From NCBI GenBank assembly GCA_964196055.1, contig CAXMSF010000018.1:1-56766 (forward strand): 56,766 nucleotides of DNA, written 5' to 3'. The notes under the pieces were generated by a model, which was not told the origin of the DNA, did no database searches, and worked only from the letters and a program-made list of their open reading frames with translations. Every line of letters starts with the position of its first letter. Position 1 is the first letter of the stretch. Both the position numbers and the translations under genes were made by a program. Shown piece after piece: positions 38,531-48,249 of the stretch. Source of the DNA: an uncultured Gammaproteobacteria bacterium. Lineage in GTDB: Bacteria > Myxococcota_A > UBA9160 > SMWR01.

Positions 38531-39496
38531 TTAAGTGCCGAAATTGCGAGTTTCTGGCGATTCTCCGTCGAGCAGGGCTTCCACACCGTCGAGGATTTCC
38601 ACCTCGACTCGACGATTCTCGAGGCGGTTGATCTCCTGGACGCCCGTCGGGCTCGTCACATTGACTTCGGTCAGGAAGCCTCCGATGACGTCGATTCCGA
38701 CGAAGAAGAAGCCGTCGCGACGCAGGGCAGGGCGCAGCGTGTCGATGATCCGGCGGTCGGTATCGTCGAGCTCGGCCTTGGCGGGACGCCCGCCGACGTG
38801 GAGATTTGACCTCACTTCGTGGTCCGGTGGAACCCGCAGCACGGCGCCGATCGGATCTCCGTCGAGCAACAGAATGCGTTTGTCGCCGCGCCGCACCTCC
38901 GGCAGGTAACGCTGCGCCATCACCCAGCGGGTCTCGAATCCGGTCGACTGCTCCAGGATCGAGTTCAAATTCCGGTCGTCGCGGCGCAACAGAAAGATGC
39001 CTTCGCCGCCCTTGCCGTCGAGCGGCTTCAGGATCATCTCACCGCCCAGCTTGTCCATGAAATCCAGTAGTTGCGGGATTTTTCGCGCCACCGTCGTCTC
39101 GGCCATCAGCTCCTGGAAGTGCAGCGTGTAGAGCTTTTCGTTGGCAGCCAGGACGGACTGCGGCCGATTCAGCACGCGACAGCGACGGCAGAGTGCGAGG
39201 ATCTGGGTGGCGGTGATGTAGTCCGAATCGACCGGTGGATCCTTGCGCTGGAAGATCACGTCGAATTCGTCGTCGAGCGCAACGAAACGGGCGGGCCCGG
39301 TCTCCGCATGCGCGCCTTGCTCGCGTTGCAGTGTCACTGGAAATACGCTGGCAACCGCGCGACCGGCCTCGACCCCGAGGTCCGCAGGGTCGATGAAGAA
39401 GACCCGGTGGCCGCGCTGTTGGGCCTCGAGCATCAGCACGAAGGTGGTGTCCGCTTCGATATCGATCGATTCGAGCGGGTCCATCACGAAGCCCAT
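38531..39496 (-). CDS. gshB: glutathione synthetase
   Basis: MGFVMDPLESIDIEADTTFVLMLEAQQRGH..., KDPPVDSDYITATQIL, ILKPLDGKGGEGIF, GIDVIGGFLTEVNVTSPTG. Alternative starts 24 nt upstream. Confidence 0.88.
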   Translation of the reverse strand: MGFVMDPLESIDIEADTTFVLMLEAQQRGHRVFFIDPADLGVEAGRAVASVFPVTLQREQGAHAETGPARFVALDDEFDVIFQRKDPPVDSDYITATQILALCRRCRVLNRPQSVLAANEKLYTLHFQELMAETTVARKIPQLLDFMDKLGGEMILKPLDGKGGEGIFLLRRDDRNLNSILEQSTGFETRWVMAQRYLPEVRRGDKRILLLDGDPIGAVLRVPPDHEVRSNLHVGGRPAKAELDDTDRRIIDTLRPALRRDGFFFVGIDVIGGFLTEVNVTSPTGVQEINRLENRRVEVEILDGVEALLDGESPETRNFGT

Positions 39497-39597
39497 TGAT
39501 CGTAGGTACTGCGTCATCAAGAATTCTCCATGCCGAGCCGAAGCGGTAGCGCAATGAGGTCCGACTCGGCTAGGGTCGGGTAACCTCCGGAGTCTGA

Positions 39598-42153
39598 ATG
39601 ACTTTTTTCAGATCGAGAGGGTTCAGGATCCTGCTCGCGGCCGCCTTCCTGAGCGCCGTGGTGGGCCTCGCCGGAGCCTTCCTCTTCTACCGCTCGCTGG
39701 TCGCGGACCTGCCCGACTTGCGGGACGTGCGGGATTACGCGCCCGCGCTCACGAGTCGGGTGTTCGACCGCGACGGGCGACCGATCGGCGAGTACTACGT
39801 CGAGCGACGCACCTTGGTCCCAATGGAGGAGATCCCGGACCACGTCGTTCAGGCCTTCATCGCGAGCGAAGACAGCGCCTTCTTCGAGCACGCGGGGATC
39901 GACTACGTCTCGATCCTGCGCGCGGCCTGGGTCAACCTGGCCGCAGGCGGCGAAACACGCCAGGGCGCGAGCACGATCACCCAGCAGATGGTGAAGGGTC
40001 TGCTGCTGACCCCGGAGCGGACCTACAAGCGGAAGATCCGCGAGATGATCCTCGCACGGCGGATCGAACAGACCTTTTCCAAACAAGAAATCCTCTACCT
40101 CTACCTGAACCAGATCTACTTCGGCCACGGCGCCTATGGGGTTGGCGAAGCCGCGCGGACCTACTTCGACAAGACCGTCGGCGAACTCGATGTCTCCGAG
40201 GCCGCGTTGTTGGCCGGGCTCCCGAAGGCTCCGTCCCGTTACTCACCGATGACGCACCCCGAGGCCGCCGAGACGCGGCGTCAGTACGTACTCGAGCGCA
40301 TGTTGGCCGACGACATGATCGATCGGGCCAGTTACGACGCCGCAGCCGAGACGCCGCCGATCCTCAGCGAGTCGCGTGATTTCGCCGACGCGGGCGCAGC
40401 GGGCTACTTCACCGAAGAGGTTCGGCGCGCGTTGTACGAAGAGTTCGGCAGCGACCTCGTGCTGCGGGGCGGCCTCACGATCGAGACCACCCTCGACCTC
40501 GAACTCCAGGAGGCCGCCGTCGCCTCGATACGGAAGGGCATCCTCGCGCTCGATCGCCGCCAGGGCTATCGCGGCCCGTTGCGCCGAGTGGACCCAGCGA
40601 AGGTCGAGGCCGAAGCCGCACGACTGGCCGAGACGAACGGGCTCGACGCGCAGACCGAAGACTCGATCGGCGAGGGAACGCTCGCTCCCGACTCCATCCA
40701 GGATGAGCCGCTCGCCCCCGACACCCTCTACGAAGGCGTCGTTACGAGCGTTACACCGAGCAGCAAGAGCGCGCGCGTGAAATTCGCTCCCGACGTCGAA
40801 GCGGAGGTAAGACTCTCGGACGCGAGCTGGGCCCGTGAGCCCGATCTCAAATCCAGCCCACGCCGCGTGCGCGCGATCGAGAAGATCTTCGCGGTGGGAG
40901 ACGTCGCGAAATTCGAGCGGCATCGGCCAAAGGAAGACGAAGCGCCCGCAGAGCCCGGCGACCCGCTGCGCGTAGACCTCTTCCAGGCGCCCGTCGCACA
41001 GAGCGCGTTGCTCTCGATCGAAACCGCGAGCGATGAAGTCCTCGCGATGGTGGGAGGCTACGACTTCGCCGAGAGCGAATTCAACCGCGTCACGCAGGCG
41101 CGCCGCCAGCCGGGATCGGCCTTCAAGCCCCTAATCTACTCGGCGGCGTTGATGAACGGCTACACGCCCGCATCGATCCTGTACGACCGGCCGGTGGTCT
41201 ACGTCGACGAGGAATCCGGCTTCATCTGGCGTCCGAAGAACTACAAGGGGAAGTTCCTCGGCCCGATCACGATGCGTTCCGCGCTCGCGCGGTCGGTCAA
41301 CAACGCGACCGTGCACTTGTTCCGCGATGTCGGCGTCGACGTCGTGATCGACTACGTGCGGATGCTCGGCATCGAATCGCCGCTCAACCGCGACCTGTCG
41401 CTCGCGCTCGGCACGAGCCCCTTGTCGCTCTTCGAACTCACGCGCGCGTACGCGGTGTACGCGAACGGCGGCCGGCGCAGTGCGCCGATCTTCATCCGCA
41501 AGGTGACGGATCGACACGGAGAAGTGTTGCTCGAAGGCTTGCCGCTCGGCGGCATGGTTCCCCCCACGCCCGACGCACCGGAAGATCCCGAGCTCGACGT
41601 ACCGATCAACGTCGCAGCAGGCTTGGACGCCGATGCGCCCGTCGACGCGATGACCGACGACCCCGACCGACTGATCTCCCCCGAACTCGCCTACCTGTCG
41701 ACTTCGCTGTTGCGCGCGGTCGTCGAAGACCTGCATGGCACCGGGCGCACGCTCCGCGTGCTCAACCGCCCGCTCGCAGGCAAGACCGGGACCACCAACG
41801 AACAGGCCGACGCCTGGTTCGTGGGTTACTCACCCGACATCACCACCGGTGTCTGGGTCGGCCACGACGAAACCAACCTGCTCGGCTACAAGGAAACCGG
41901 CGGACGCGCAGCCGCGCCGATCTGGATCGACTACATGCGCGAGGCGCTGAAGGACCGCCGCATCCGCGACTTCGACGTCCCCGACCCGATCGTATTCGCG
42001 CGCATCGACCGCAAGACGGGCCTGCTCGCGAGCCCCGACAGCCGCGGCGTCGTCTTCGAAGCCTTCCTGCCCGGCACCGCCCCGACCAAGAGCGCGGAAG
42101 TCGAGCGCGTCAACCAGGAAGGACGGCGGGCGCTACGCATGGACGACTTCTGA
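39598..42153 (+). CDS. mrcA: class A penicillin-binding protein (PBP1A; transglycosylase/transpeptidase)
   Basis: N-terminal TM segment. GT51 motifs EDSAFFEHAGID and GASTITQQ. Transpeptidase motifs SAFKP (SxxK), SVNN and KTGTT. Confidence 0.9.
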   Translation: MTFFRSRGFRILLAAAFLSAVVGLAGAFLFYRSLVADLPDLRDVRDYAPALTSRVFDRDGRPIGEYYVERRTLVPMEEIPDHVVQAFIASEDSAFFEHAGIDYVSILRAAWVNLAAGGETRQGASTITQQMVKGLLLTPERTYKRKIREMILARRIEQTFSKQEILYLYLNQIYFGHGAYGVGEAARTYFDKTVGELDVSEAALLAGLPKAPSRYSPMTHPEAAETRRQYVLERMLADDMIDRASYDAAAETPPILSESRDFADAGAAGYFTEEVRRALYEEFGSDLVLRGGLTIETTLDLELQEAAVASIRKGILALDRRQGYRGPLRRVDPAKVEAEAARLAETNGLDAQTEDSIGEGTLAPDSIQDEPLAPDTLYEGVVTSVTPSSKSARVKFAPDVEAEVRLSDASWAREPDLKSSPRRVRAIEKIFAVGDVAKFERHRPKEDEAPAEPGDPLRVDLFQAPVAQSALLSIETASDEVLAMVGGYDFAESEFNRVTQARRQPGSAFKPLIYSAALMNGYTPASILYDRPVVYVDEESGFIWRPKNYKGKFLGPITMRSALARSVNNATVHLFRDVGVDVVIDYVRMLGIESPLNRDLSLALGTSPLSLFELTRAYAVYANGGRRSAPIFIRKVTDRHGEVLLEGLPLGGMVPPTPDAPEDPELDVPINVAAGLDADAPVDAMTDDPDRLISPELAYLSTSLLRAVVEDLHGTGRTLRVLNRPLAGKTGTTNEQADAWFVGYSPDITTGVWVGHDETNLLGYKETGGRAAAPIWIDYMREALKDRRIRDFDVPDPIVFARIDRKTGLLASPDSRGVVFEAFLPGTAPTKSAEVERVNQEGRRALRMDDF

Positions 42154-42264
42154 ACGTTTCGTTCCAGGCGTGGGTCGCTTGAACACGCGCGAGTAGTGGG
42201 GGTGCTGCTGGTCGCGGCCACTGAGTAGGGGGCGTGGAGGATTCAAAGTGCGGCCGCGGATTCC

Positions 42265-42957
42265 CTAGGACCCGAAGCGCGCGAAGCACTTCGCCGCGCG
42301 CCGCCCCACCTCCGCCAGCCCCACCGCAAAGAAATGATCCGCGTCATCGATCACGTCGATGCTCGCACGCGGCAGTTCGGCCGCGATGCGTTCGAGCTCG
42401 GCCGCGGGCGCGATCGCGTCGCGGTCGCCGGCCAGCAAGGTGACGCGACCCGGAAATTCGCTCAGCAGATCGACGTCCAACATCGCTGCGGGCGGCGCGA
42501 CGAGCAGTAACGCGCGCACGCGCGGCTCCGACACCGCGCTCCGCACCGCCGCGAGGGCGCCGAAGGAATAACCCGCAGCCACCATCACGCCCGAAACGGT
42601 TTCGCCCAGGTGCGTCAGCGCGGCGCGGTAGTCCGCGTCCGCGTCCGCGAACTCCGAACTCGCCATACCTCCGCTTCCCCCGACTCCCCGCCAGTTGAAT
42701 CGCAGCGAGGCCAGCCCCGTTGCGCGAGCCGCGTAGGCGATTTCGTGCACGACGGGAGAATCCATGCTGCCCCCGTAGGCGGGATGCGGCGCCGCCACCA
42801 CGGCCCCGACCGCGTCATCGCCCTCGCCGGAGATCAAAACCCCCTCGAGCACCCGCTCCTCGCCCTCGACCGGAATCACTACGCTGCGTTCTTCGCGCTT
42901 GTGGATGGCTCGACCTCCCGGGCAACGGCCCTGTACGGCGGCTAATCTCGGCCGCAT
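42265..42957 (-). CDS. alpha/beta hydrolase fold protein
   Basis: ...AAPHPAYGGSMDSP..., nucleophile elbow AAGYSFGA, ...DADHFF. The start is uncertain (ATG 42957 chosen). Confidence 0.7.
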   Translation of the reverse strand: MRPRLAAVQGRCPGGRAIHKREERSVVIPVEGEERVLEGVLISGEGDDAVGAVVAAPHPAYGGSMDSPVVHEIAYAARATGLASLRFNWRGVGGSGGMASSEFADADADYRAALTHLGETVSGVMVAAGYSFGALAAVRSAVSEPRVRALLLVAPPAAMLDVDLLSEFPGRVTLLAGDRDAIAPAAELERIAAELPRASIDVIDDADHFFAVGLAEVGRRAAKCFARFGS

Positions 42958-43020
42958 GACGCATTCACGCAAGCAAGACTGTTCCTACAGGCGAAACCGC
43001 AGACAGAACCAGGTCGGACG

Positions 43021-43548
43021 ATGAGCGGCGACCACGACGACGATCTCCAACGCGGCTGGCCCGTGAACGTTTCGAGCGAGCGCGTCGAGCTGCCGAACGG
43101 CAAGACGCTGTTGCTCGACGTGGTGCGCCACCCGGGCGCATCCGCCGTCGTGCCCTTCATCTCCGACGACGAGGTGCTGCTGATCCGCCAGTTCCGCCAC
43201 GCCTGCGGCGGCACCATCTTCGAGGTGCCGGCCGGCAAGATCGACCCGGGCGAGACCCCGGAAGTCTGCGCGGTGCGGGAACTCGAGGAAGAGGCCGGGC
43301 AGCGCGCGGGCCGACTCGAGGCACTCGGCCCGATCTGGACCTCACCGGGTTTCACCGACGAGCGGATCTGGCTCTTCGCGGGCCACGAGCTCGAAGCCGT
43401 CGAGCATCGGCGCGAAGACGATGAGGTCATCGAGCTCGTCCCGATGCGGCTCCACGACGCGATCGAAATGGTCTGGAGCGGTGCCATTCACGATGCCAAG
43501 AGCGCGCTCGCGCTGCTGCAGGCCGCCCATCAGCTGGGCCGCCTCTGA
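43021..43548 (+). CDS. NUDIX hydrolase (ADP-ribose pyrophosphatase-like)
   Basis: Nudix box GKIDPGETPEVCAVRELEEEAG. Confidence 0.85.
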   Translation: MSGDHDDDLQRGWPVNVSSERVELPNGKTLLLDVVRHPGASAVVPFISDDEVLLIRQFRHACGGTIFEVPAGKIDPGETPEVCAVRELEEEAGQRAGRLEALGPIWTSPGFTDERIWLFAGHELEAVEHRREDDEVIELVPMRLHDAIEMVWSGAIHDAKSALALLQAAHQLGRL

Positions 43549-43573
43549 TGGGCGCGGGCCTCGGCCGGTTCCG

Positions 43574-44521
43574 ATGAAGCTCGGCGTCGCATTCGCCTGG
43601 CACACGCATCCGTGGCAGGAACTGCTCGCGCTCGTGCAGCGAGCCGAAGAACTCGGCTTCGCGGCGGCCTTCGTCGACGGCGACGTCTCGATGCTCGCCT
43701 CGACGAGCGAACGCGACGTGCTGCACGGCTGGACCGTCGCAATGGCACTGCTCGCCCGCACCGAGCGGATTCAGATCGGCTCGATTCGCCTGGTCCACCA
43801 CTGGAATGCCGCACAGCTCGCACAGGCCGTCGCGACCGCGGAGCTCCTGACCCCCGGCCGTCTGCGCTGTGTGATCGCGGCCGGTGACCGGCCCAACGAT
43901 GCGAACTTCGGCCTTCCAAATCTGCCCATCGGCGAGCGAATCCGCCTGCTCGACGAGACCCTCGAGGCCGTGCAGTGCCTCTGGAGCGGCGAGAGTGTGA
44001 CGCGGTCGGGTCGCTACGTGCAGCTCGAGCGCGCTCGCGTGCGCCCGATCCCACCCGGCGGTGCGATTCCGATCGCAATTGCGGCCCGCAGGCCGCGGAT
44101 GTTGCAGCGCGTCGCCCGCTACGCACAGATCTGGGAGGTCAATCTACCCCCGATCGCAGCCCGCGTGTCGGCGGCCGCTGCGACACTCGCCGAGGCCTGC
44201 CGCGAGCGGGGGCGCGACCCCGACGAGATCCGGCGCTCGCTGTGGATCTTCACGCGCCTCGATCCGGCCGGCGATGTCTCGGCCGCCCTGCCTGAATTCC
44301 GGCGACTGAACCCCTGGTTCGACGAATTTCCGGATGACGAGGTCAGCGCCGGCCTGGTCGTCGGCAGCCCGGCCGATTGCCGTCGGCGCCTCTCCGAGCT
44401 CGCCACCGAGCTGTCGCTCGAACTTCCGGTCGTCGATCTCTCCGGCCTCGACGCGGCGCGCGCACGGCACCTCATGGAAGCCGTCGCCCCCTCGAATTCT
44501 GACGTTGACGCGCACACTTAG
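43574..44521 (+). CDS. luciferase-like (LLM class) flavin/F420-dependent oxidoreductase
   Basis: MKLGVAFAW...ELGFAAAFVDGD...LLTPGRLRCVIAAGD has TIM-barrel LLM family features. Confidence 0.7.
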   Translation: MKLGVAFAWHTHPWQELLALVQRAEELGFAAAFVDGDVSMLASTSERDVLHGWTVAMALLARTERIQIGSIRLVHHWNAAQLAQAVATAELLTPGRLRCVIAAGDRPNDANFGLPNLPIGERIRLLDETLEAVQCLWSGESVTRSGRYVQLERARVRPIPPGGAIPIAIAARRPRMLQRVARYAQIWEVNLPPIAARVSAAAATLAEACRERGRDPDEIRRSLWIFTRLDPAGDVSAALPEFRRLNPWFDEFPDDEVSAGLVVGSPADCRRRLSELATELSLELPVVDLSGLDAARARHLMEAVAPSNSDVDAHT

Positions 44522-44668
44522 ACTGCTTACGCTGTCCAAGCTCCGTGGGATCTCGCGCCCGTCCCGCCGGCCTTTGGGAAGCAAGCGACAACGCAGAAAG
44601 CTCCGGACCATCACCGTGGCGTCCGGCAACTTCGGCGCGGTCGCTGCCGCCACAAAGGAGAGGTGTAC

Positions 44669-45427
44669 GTGCACGGACGTGGATACCAGACATCGAGCTT
44701 CGGCCCAGCGCTGACGCCGCCGATCGTGCAGTACCTGATGATCGCCAACCTGGTGGTCTTCGCGCTCCAGATCGCGGTTCCACAGATTTCCGAATTCGGT
44801 CCGGTTCGTCCTTACTACATGTGGCAGGCCGGGCACCTCTGGGAGCCGTTCAGCTACATGTGGCTGCACGCGGGCCTGGGCCACCTCGCGATGAACATGT
44901 TCGCGTTGTGGATGTTCGGTTCACCGCTCGCGTTGGCCTGGGGCCCGCGGAAATTTCTGAACTTCTATCTGTTCTGCGGAATCGGTGCGGGCTTCGTGAT
45001 CGCGAGCTGGCCGTATCTGATCATGAACCTGAGCCCCCAGGCACTGCTGATCCCCACGGTGGGGGCTTCGGGCGCAATCTACGGCGTGCTGCTCGCCTAC
45101 TCCCTCACCTGGCCCGACCGCGTGATCGCGCTGATCTTCCCGCCCATCACCTTTCGCGCCATCTGGCTGATCCCCGGCCTCTTCGTCATGACGCTGATGT
45201 TCGGCGGCGGCGGCATCAGCCACATCGGCCACCTCGGCGGCGTGTTGATGGGCTGGATCTACCTTCGGCGCAAGGGACATTCGGGCGCGCAGGCGTTGTC
45301 GCTCGGCCATCTGAAGTACCGCTGGAAACGCTACCGCATGCGGCAGAAGCTACGAGCCGTTCATTACGAGGAGCACGAAGCGCGTCGCCGCCGCGGCGGT
45401 GGCGACGACGACGACAGAGTGCACTGA
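44669..45427 (+). CDS. rhomboid family intramembrane serine protease
   Basis: WEPFSYMWLHAGLGHLAMNMFALWMFG, catalytic GASGAIYG and HIGHLGGVLMG. The GTG at 44669 is 7 nt after AAGGAGAG, with an alternative GTG at 44663. Confidence 0.85.
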   Translation: MHGRGYQTSSFGPALTPPIVQYLMIANLVVFALQIAVPQISEFGPVRPYYMWQAGHLWEPFSYMWLHAGLGHLAMNMFALWMFGSPLALAWGPRKFLNFYLFCGIGAGFVIASWPYLIMNLSPQALLIPTVGASGAIYGVLLAYSLTWPDRVIALIFPPITFRAIWLIPGLFVMTLMFGGGGISHIGHLGGVLMGWIYLRRKGHSGAQALSLGHLKYRWKRYRMRQKLRAVHYEEHEARRRRGGGDDDDRVH

Positions 45428-45431
45428 TGCC

Positions 45432-46256
45432 ATGGCGTCCCCCCCGCCTGAATTCGAACTCAGCCCCAGCCTCGGCGACGACCTCGCCCGGGTAGCGCGG
45501 CAATTGTCCGCGGCGGGGCATGTCGTCGCGCTGACGGGCGCGGGCCTGTCAGTCGAGAGCGGCATCCCCCCGTTCCGCGGGCCCGGCGGGTTGTGGACGA
45601 AGTACGGTGAGCCGCCGATGGACGGCTACCAGCGCTTCCTCGAGGATCCGGCCGCGGCCTGGCGCGAACGTCTTTCACCGCGCGCCGAATGGGCACTCGC
45701 GCTGCGCGACACGCTGGCCGCCGCCGAACCGAACGCGGGCCATCGCGCGCTCGCCGAATTCGAACGAATCGGCTTGCTCGGCTGTTTGATCACGCAGAAC
45801 ATCGACGACCTCCACGCGCAGGCGGGCAGCAGCAACCTGCTCGAAATACACGGCAATCACCGCTTGCTGCGTTGCCTCGAATGCGTCCGGCGCTTCGAGC
45901 CCGACGTCATCGCGATCGACCCCGACGATCTGCCACCGCGCTGCCCCGACTGCGGCGGCCCTGTGAAGGGCGACACCGTCCAGTTCGGCGAACCGATCCC
46001 GCACGACGTGCTTCGCCAATGCTACTCCGAGGTCGAACGCTCGGACTGCATGCTCGTCATCGGAACCTCCGCGACCGTGTATCCCGCTGCGGACTTTCCC
46101 ATGGAGGTGCTGCGCCGCGGCGGCTGTGTCATCGAGGTCAACCCGACGGATACCGATTTCACCGCCAGTGCGACGGAGTCGCTGCGAGGGCCGGCCGGGG
46201 CGCTGCTGTCGCGCTTGCTCGACCTCGCGAAGAGCGAAGCGGGGGCCGCGGCATGA
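45432..46256 (+). CDS. cobB: Sir2-family NAD-dependent protein deacylase
   Basis: GAGLSVESGIPPFRG, TQNIDDLH, the catalytic His in LLEIHGN, and the Zn ribbon CLEC...CPDCGG. Starts 4 nt after the rhomboid stop. Confidence 0.88.
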   Translation: MASPPPEFELSPSLGDDLARVARQLSAAGHVVALTGAGLSVESGIPPFRGPGGLWTKYGEPPMDGYQRFLEDPAAAWRERLSPRAEWALALRDTLAAAEPNAGHRALAEFERIGLLGCLITQNIDDLHAQAGSSNLLEIHGNHRLLRCLECVRRFEPDVIAIDPDDLPPRCPDCGGPVKGDTVQFGEPIPHDVLRQCYSEVERSDCMLVIGTSATVYPAADFPMEVLRRGGCVIEVNPTDTDFTASATESLRGPAGALLSRLLDLAKSEAGAAA

Positions 46257-47134
46257 CGTTTCGGCGCAATGACGAAGAAGAGTTCTCGGACAGCGGATTG
46301 TCGGGATTCATTCGCAGCTTGCTGGCCGGTATCCCGTGGAGCGAGCACGCCGAGGGGGTCGAGGAGCTGCACTTCGAAGCACCGGGCCGCCGCATGGTGC
46401 GCCTCCTCAATGCGAACGGTCGCACGCGCGTCATCGGCGAGGAACGCTCGGACATCGAGGTCGTGGTCTCGAAGACGGCTCGCGCCGAATCCTCGGAGGC
46501 CGCCAAACGTCTGCTGGAAGCAATTCAGCTGACCAGTCGAGACGTCGAGAACCGGCTCGAACTCGAAGTCGAAATCCCGCGCCGCTGGAATCGCCGCGGC
46601 TGTGCAAACGTCGAGATCCGCATTCCAAAAGAGATGCAGATCGATATCGCGTCGATCAATGGCCGAATCGAGGTCGAAGGCCTGCGCGCAGGCATCCGCG
46701 CGCGTTCGAGCAACGGTTCGGCCTGTATCCGTGACATCATCGGGAACATCGATGTCATCACCTCCAATGCCAAGGTCTGCTGCTCGGGAACCTGCGGCGC
46801 GCTGACCGCGCGCTCGAGCAATGGCAAGATCGAAATCGAGGAGCACCGTGGTTCGATCGATGCATCGACCTCCAACGGCCTGATTCGCGCCTCCCTCGAA
46901 GAGCTCGGCAAGCGCGGCGTCCAGCTCGCGACGAGTAACGGCCGCATCGTGCTCGAGCTTCCGGAAGAAGTCGATGCCGACGTCGACATCCGCATCGACA
47001 ACGGCATCATCCGCAGCGATCGCACACTGGAACCCGCGAACCGCGAATCGACGGGCCGGCTGTCGGGCCGGCTCGGCAGCGGCGGGACGCAAGTCAAGCT
47101 GCGCACGTCGAACGGCTCGATCTCTCTGCGCTGA
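46253..47134 (+). CDS. DUF4097-type beta-strand repeat protein
   Basis: Eight-fold reiteration of (S/T)SNG.I motifs (INGRIEVEG, SSNGSACI, SSNGKIEIE, TSNGLIRA, TSNGRIVLE, IDNGIIRS, TSNGSISLR). The ATG overlaps the cobB stop (ATGA). No signal peptide is evident. Confidence 0.8.
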   Translation: MTFRRNDEEEFSDSGLSGFIRSLLAGIPWSEHAEGVEELHFEAPGRRMVRLLNANGRTRVIGEERSDIEVVVSKTARAESSEAAKRLLEAIQLTSRDVENRLELEVEIPRRWNRRGCANVEIRIPKEMQIDIASINGRIEVEGLRAGIRARSSNGSACIRDIIGNIDVITSNAKVCCSGTCGALTARSSNGKIEIEEHRGSIDASTSNGLIRASLEELGKRGVQLATSNGRIVLELPEEVDADVDIRIDNGIIRSDRTLEPANRESTGRLSGRLGSGGTQVKLRTSNGSISLR

Positions 47135-47156
47135 AACGACACCGGCGCGTGGACGG

Positions 47157-48239
47157 TCAACGCGCTCCGACGCGGCGGGTAAGCTCGCTGCCGCGGTTGT
47201 CGAAGGACACTCCCGTCGGCGCGATCTCCGTCACGACCAACGGCCCGATGCTCTCGCCCTCACGCAACGCGACGATTTCGTCGCGTCCCTCGAACTCCAC
47301 GTATGCGGTGCGCCGGGACGGGTCGGGATGCCAGACGGTACGGGACACGTAGACCTTGGGCGGTGGCGGCAGCGAAGGCCGCGGCGGCGACTTTCGCGCG
47401 AACGAGAGCGGAGGCTCCGGCTCGGCTTTGGCCTTGGGTTCGGCCTTGGGTTCAGCCTTGGCTTCGGGTTCGGATTTCGGCGCGGTACTCGGCGCTGACG
47501 TCGGGACCGGTTCCGGTGCGGGGCGCGCCACCGCCACTTCGACCGGCGCGGGCGTCGGCTGTGACTTCGGTGCAGGTGCGGGCGGAGTCGCTGCAACGCG
47601 CGCAGCCGCGATCGACTCGGGCGACTTGCCCGCCGACTTCGCCGCAGCCTGGAGTTCTTCCAGCCGGGAGAGGTCGATCGTCGGAAATTCGCCGGAAGGC
47701 GGCGTCGCCGATGACCCTCCGGGTTGCTGCTGTCCGGTCAACCCGGGCGACCTTAGCGAGGCAATGTTTGCGGGTGTCCGTCGAGTCCCGAGAGGCGACG
47801 CAGGCGACGGCTGGGAACGTTCGACGACCGCTACCTCGGGTATGGGGGCTTCGGGCGGTAGCTCGCGGGCAACGTTCGGTCCAGGGCGCGATTGGCGAGC
47901 CTGACTCGTGCGCCGACTCGCGGCCACCCTCTTCGCTTTGGCGCGGTCGGACGCCGCGCGTCCGGGTACCGCGGGAGTTTCAGGCTCCGCAGGAATCGCG
48001 GCGACCTCCGCCGGCGCCGACTCGGCACTGCCCCGACCCCACTGGATCGCCGCGAAGGTCGCGACTCCCACCACGATGATGCCGATCCCAATTCCCGCGA
48101 AAATCGGCCAGCGGCGCGACGTGGCAGCCTGCGGCGCCGGGACCGAGGCCACACCCGCGACCGCTTCCCCGAGCGGGCGATCGCTTCGCGTACTCTTTTC
48201 CTGCTCCAGTCGGCGCAGGGCTTTCAGGATGGTGCTCAT
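47157..48239 (-). CDS. GspB/ExeB-like protein (N-terminal MSxILxAL motif, TM, Pro/Ala-rich linker, C-terminal GspB-type domain)
   Basis: MSTILKALRRLEQEK, the TM segment WPIFAGIGIGIIVVGVATFAAI, a long P/A/E/K-rich linker, and the C-terminus YVSRTVWHPDPSRRTAYVEFEGRDEIVALREGESIGPLVVTEIAPTGVSF. Starts 10 nt after the exeA-like stop. Confidence 0.75.
   Translation of the reverse strand: MSTILKALRRLEQEKSTRSDRPLGEAVAGVASVPAPQAATSRRWPIFAGIGIGIIVVGVATFAAIQWGRGSAESAPAEVAAIPAEPETPAVPGRAASDRAKAKRVAASRRTSQARQSRPGPNVARELPPEAPIPEVAVVERSQPSPASPLGTRRTPANIASLRSPGLTGQQQPGGSSATPPSGEFPTIDLSRLEELQAAAKSAGKSPESIAAARVAATPPAPAPKSQPTPAPVEVAVARPAPEPVPTSAPSTAPKSEPEAKAEPKAEPKAKAEPEPPLSFARKSPPRPSLPPPPKVYVSRTVWHPDPSRRTAYVEFEGRDEIVALREGESIGPLVVTEIAPTGVSFDNRGSELTRRVGAR
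47424..47478. repeat. in-frame 12-nt tandem repeat tract inside the GspB-like linker
   Basis: ggccttgggttc ggccttgggttc agccttggcttc gggttcgg..., encoding (A/K)EPK reiterations (EAKAEPKAEPKAKAEPEP) on the minus strand. Confidence 0.7.
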
Positions 48240-48249
48240 TCGGACTCCG

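Noticed and set aside
45689-46252. N-terminal part of the 481-aa ORF overlapping cobB
   Set aside because: It is an out-of-frame overlap with a canonical sirtuin and is Arg/Pro-rich. The DUF4097 protein starts at ATG 46253, coupled to the cobB stop.
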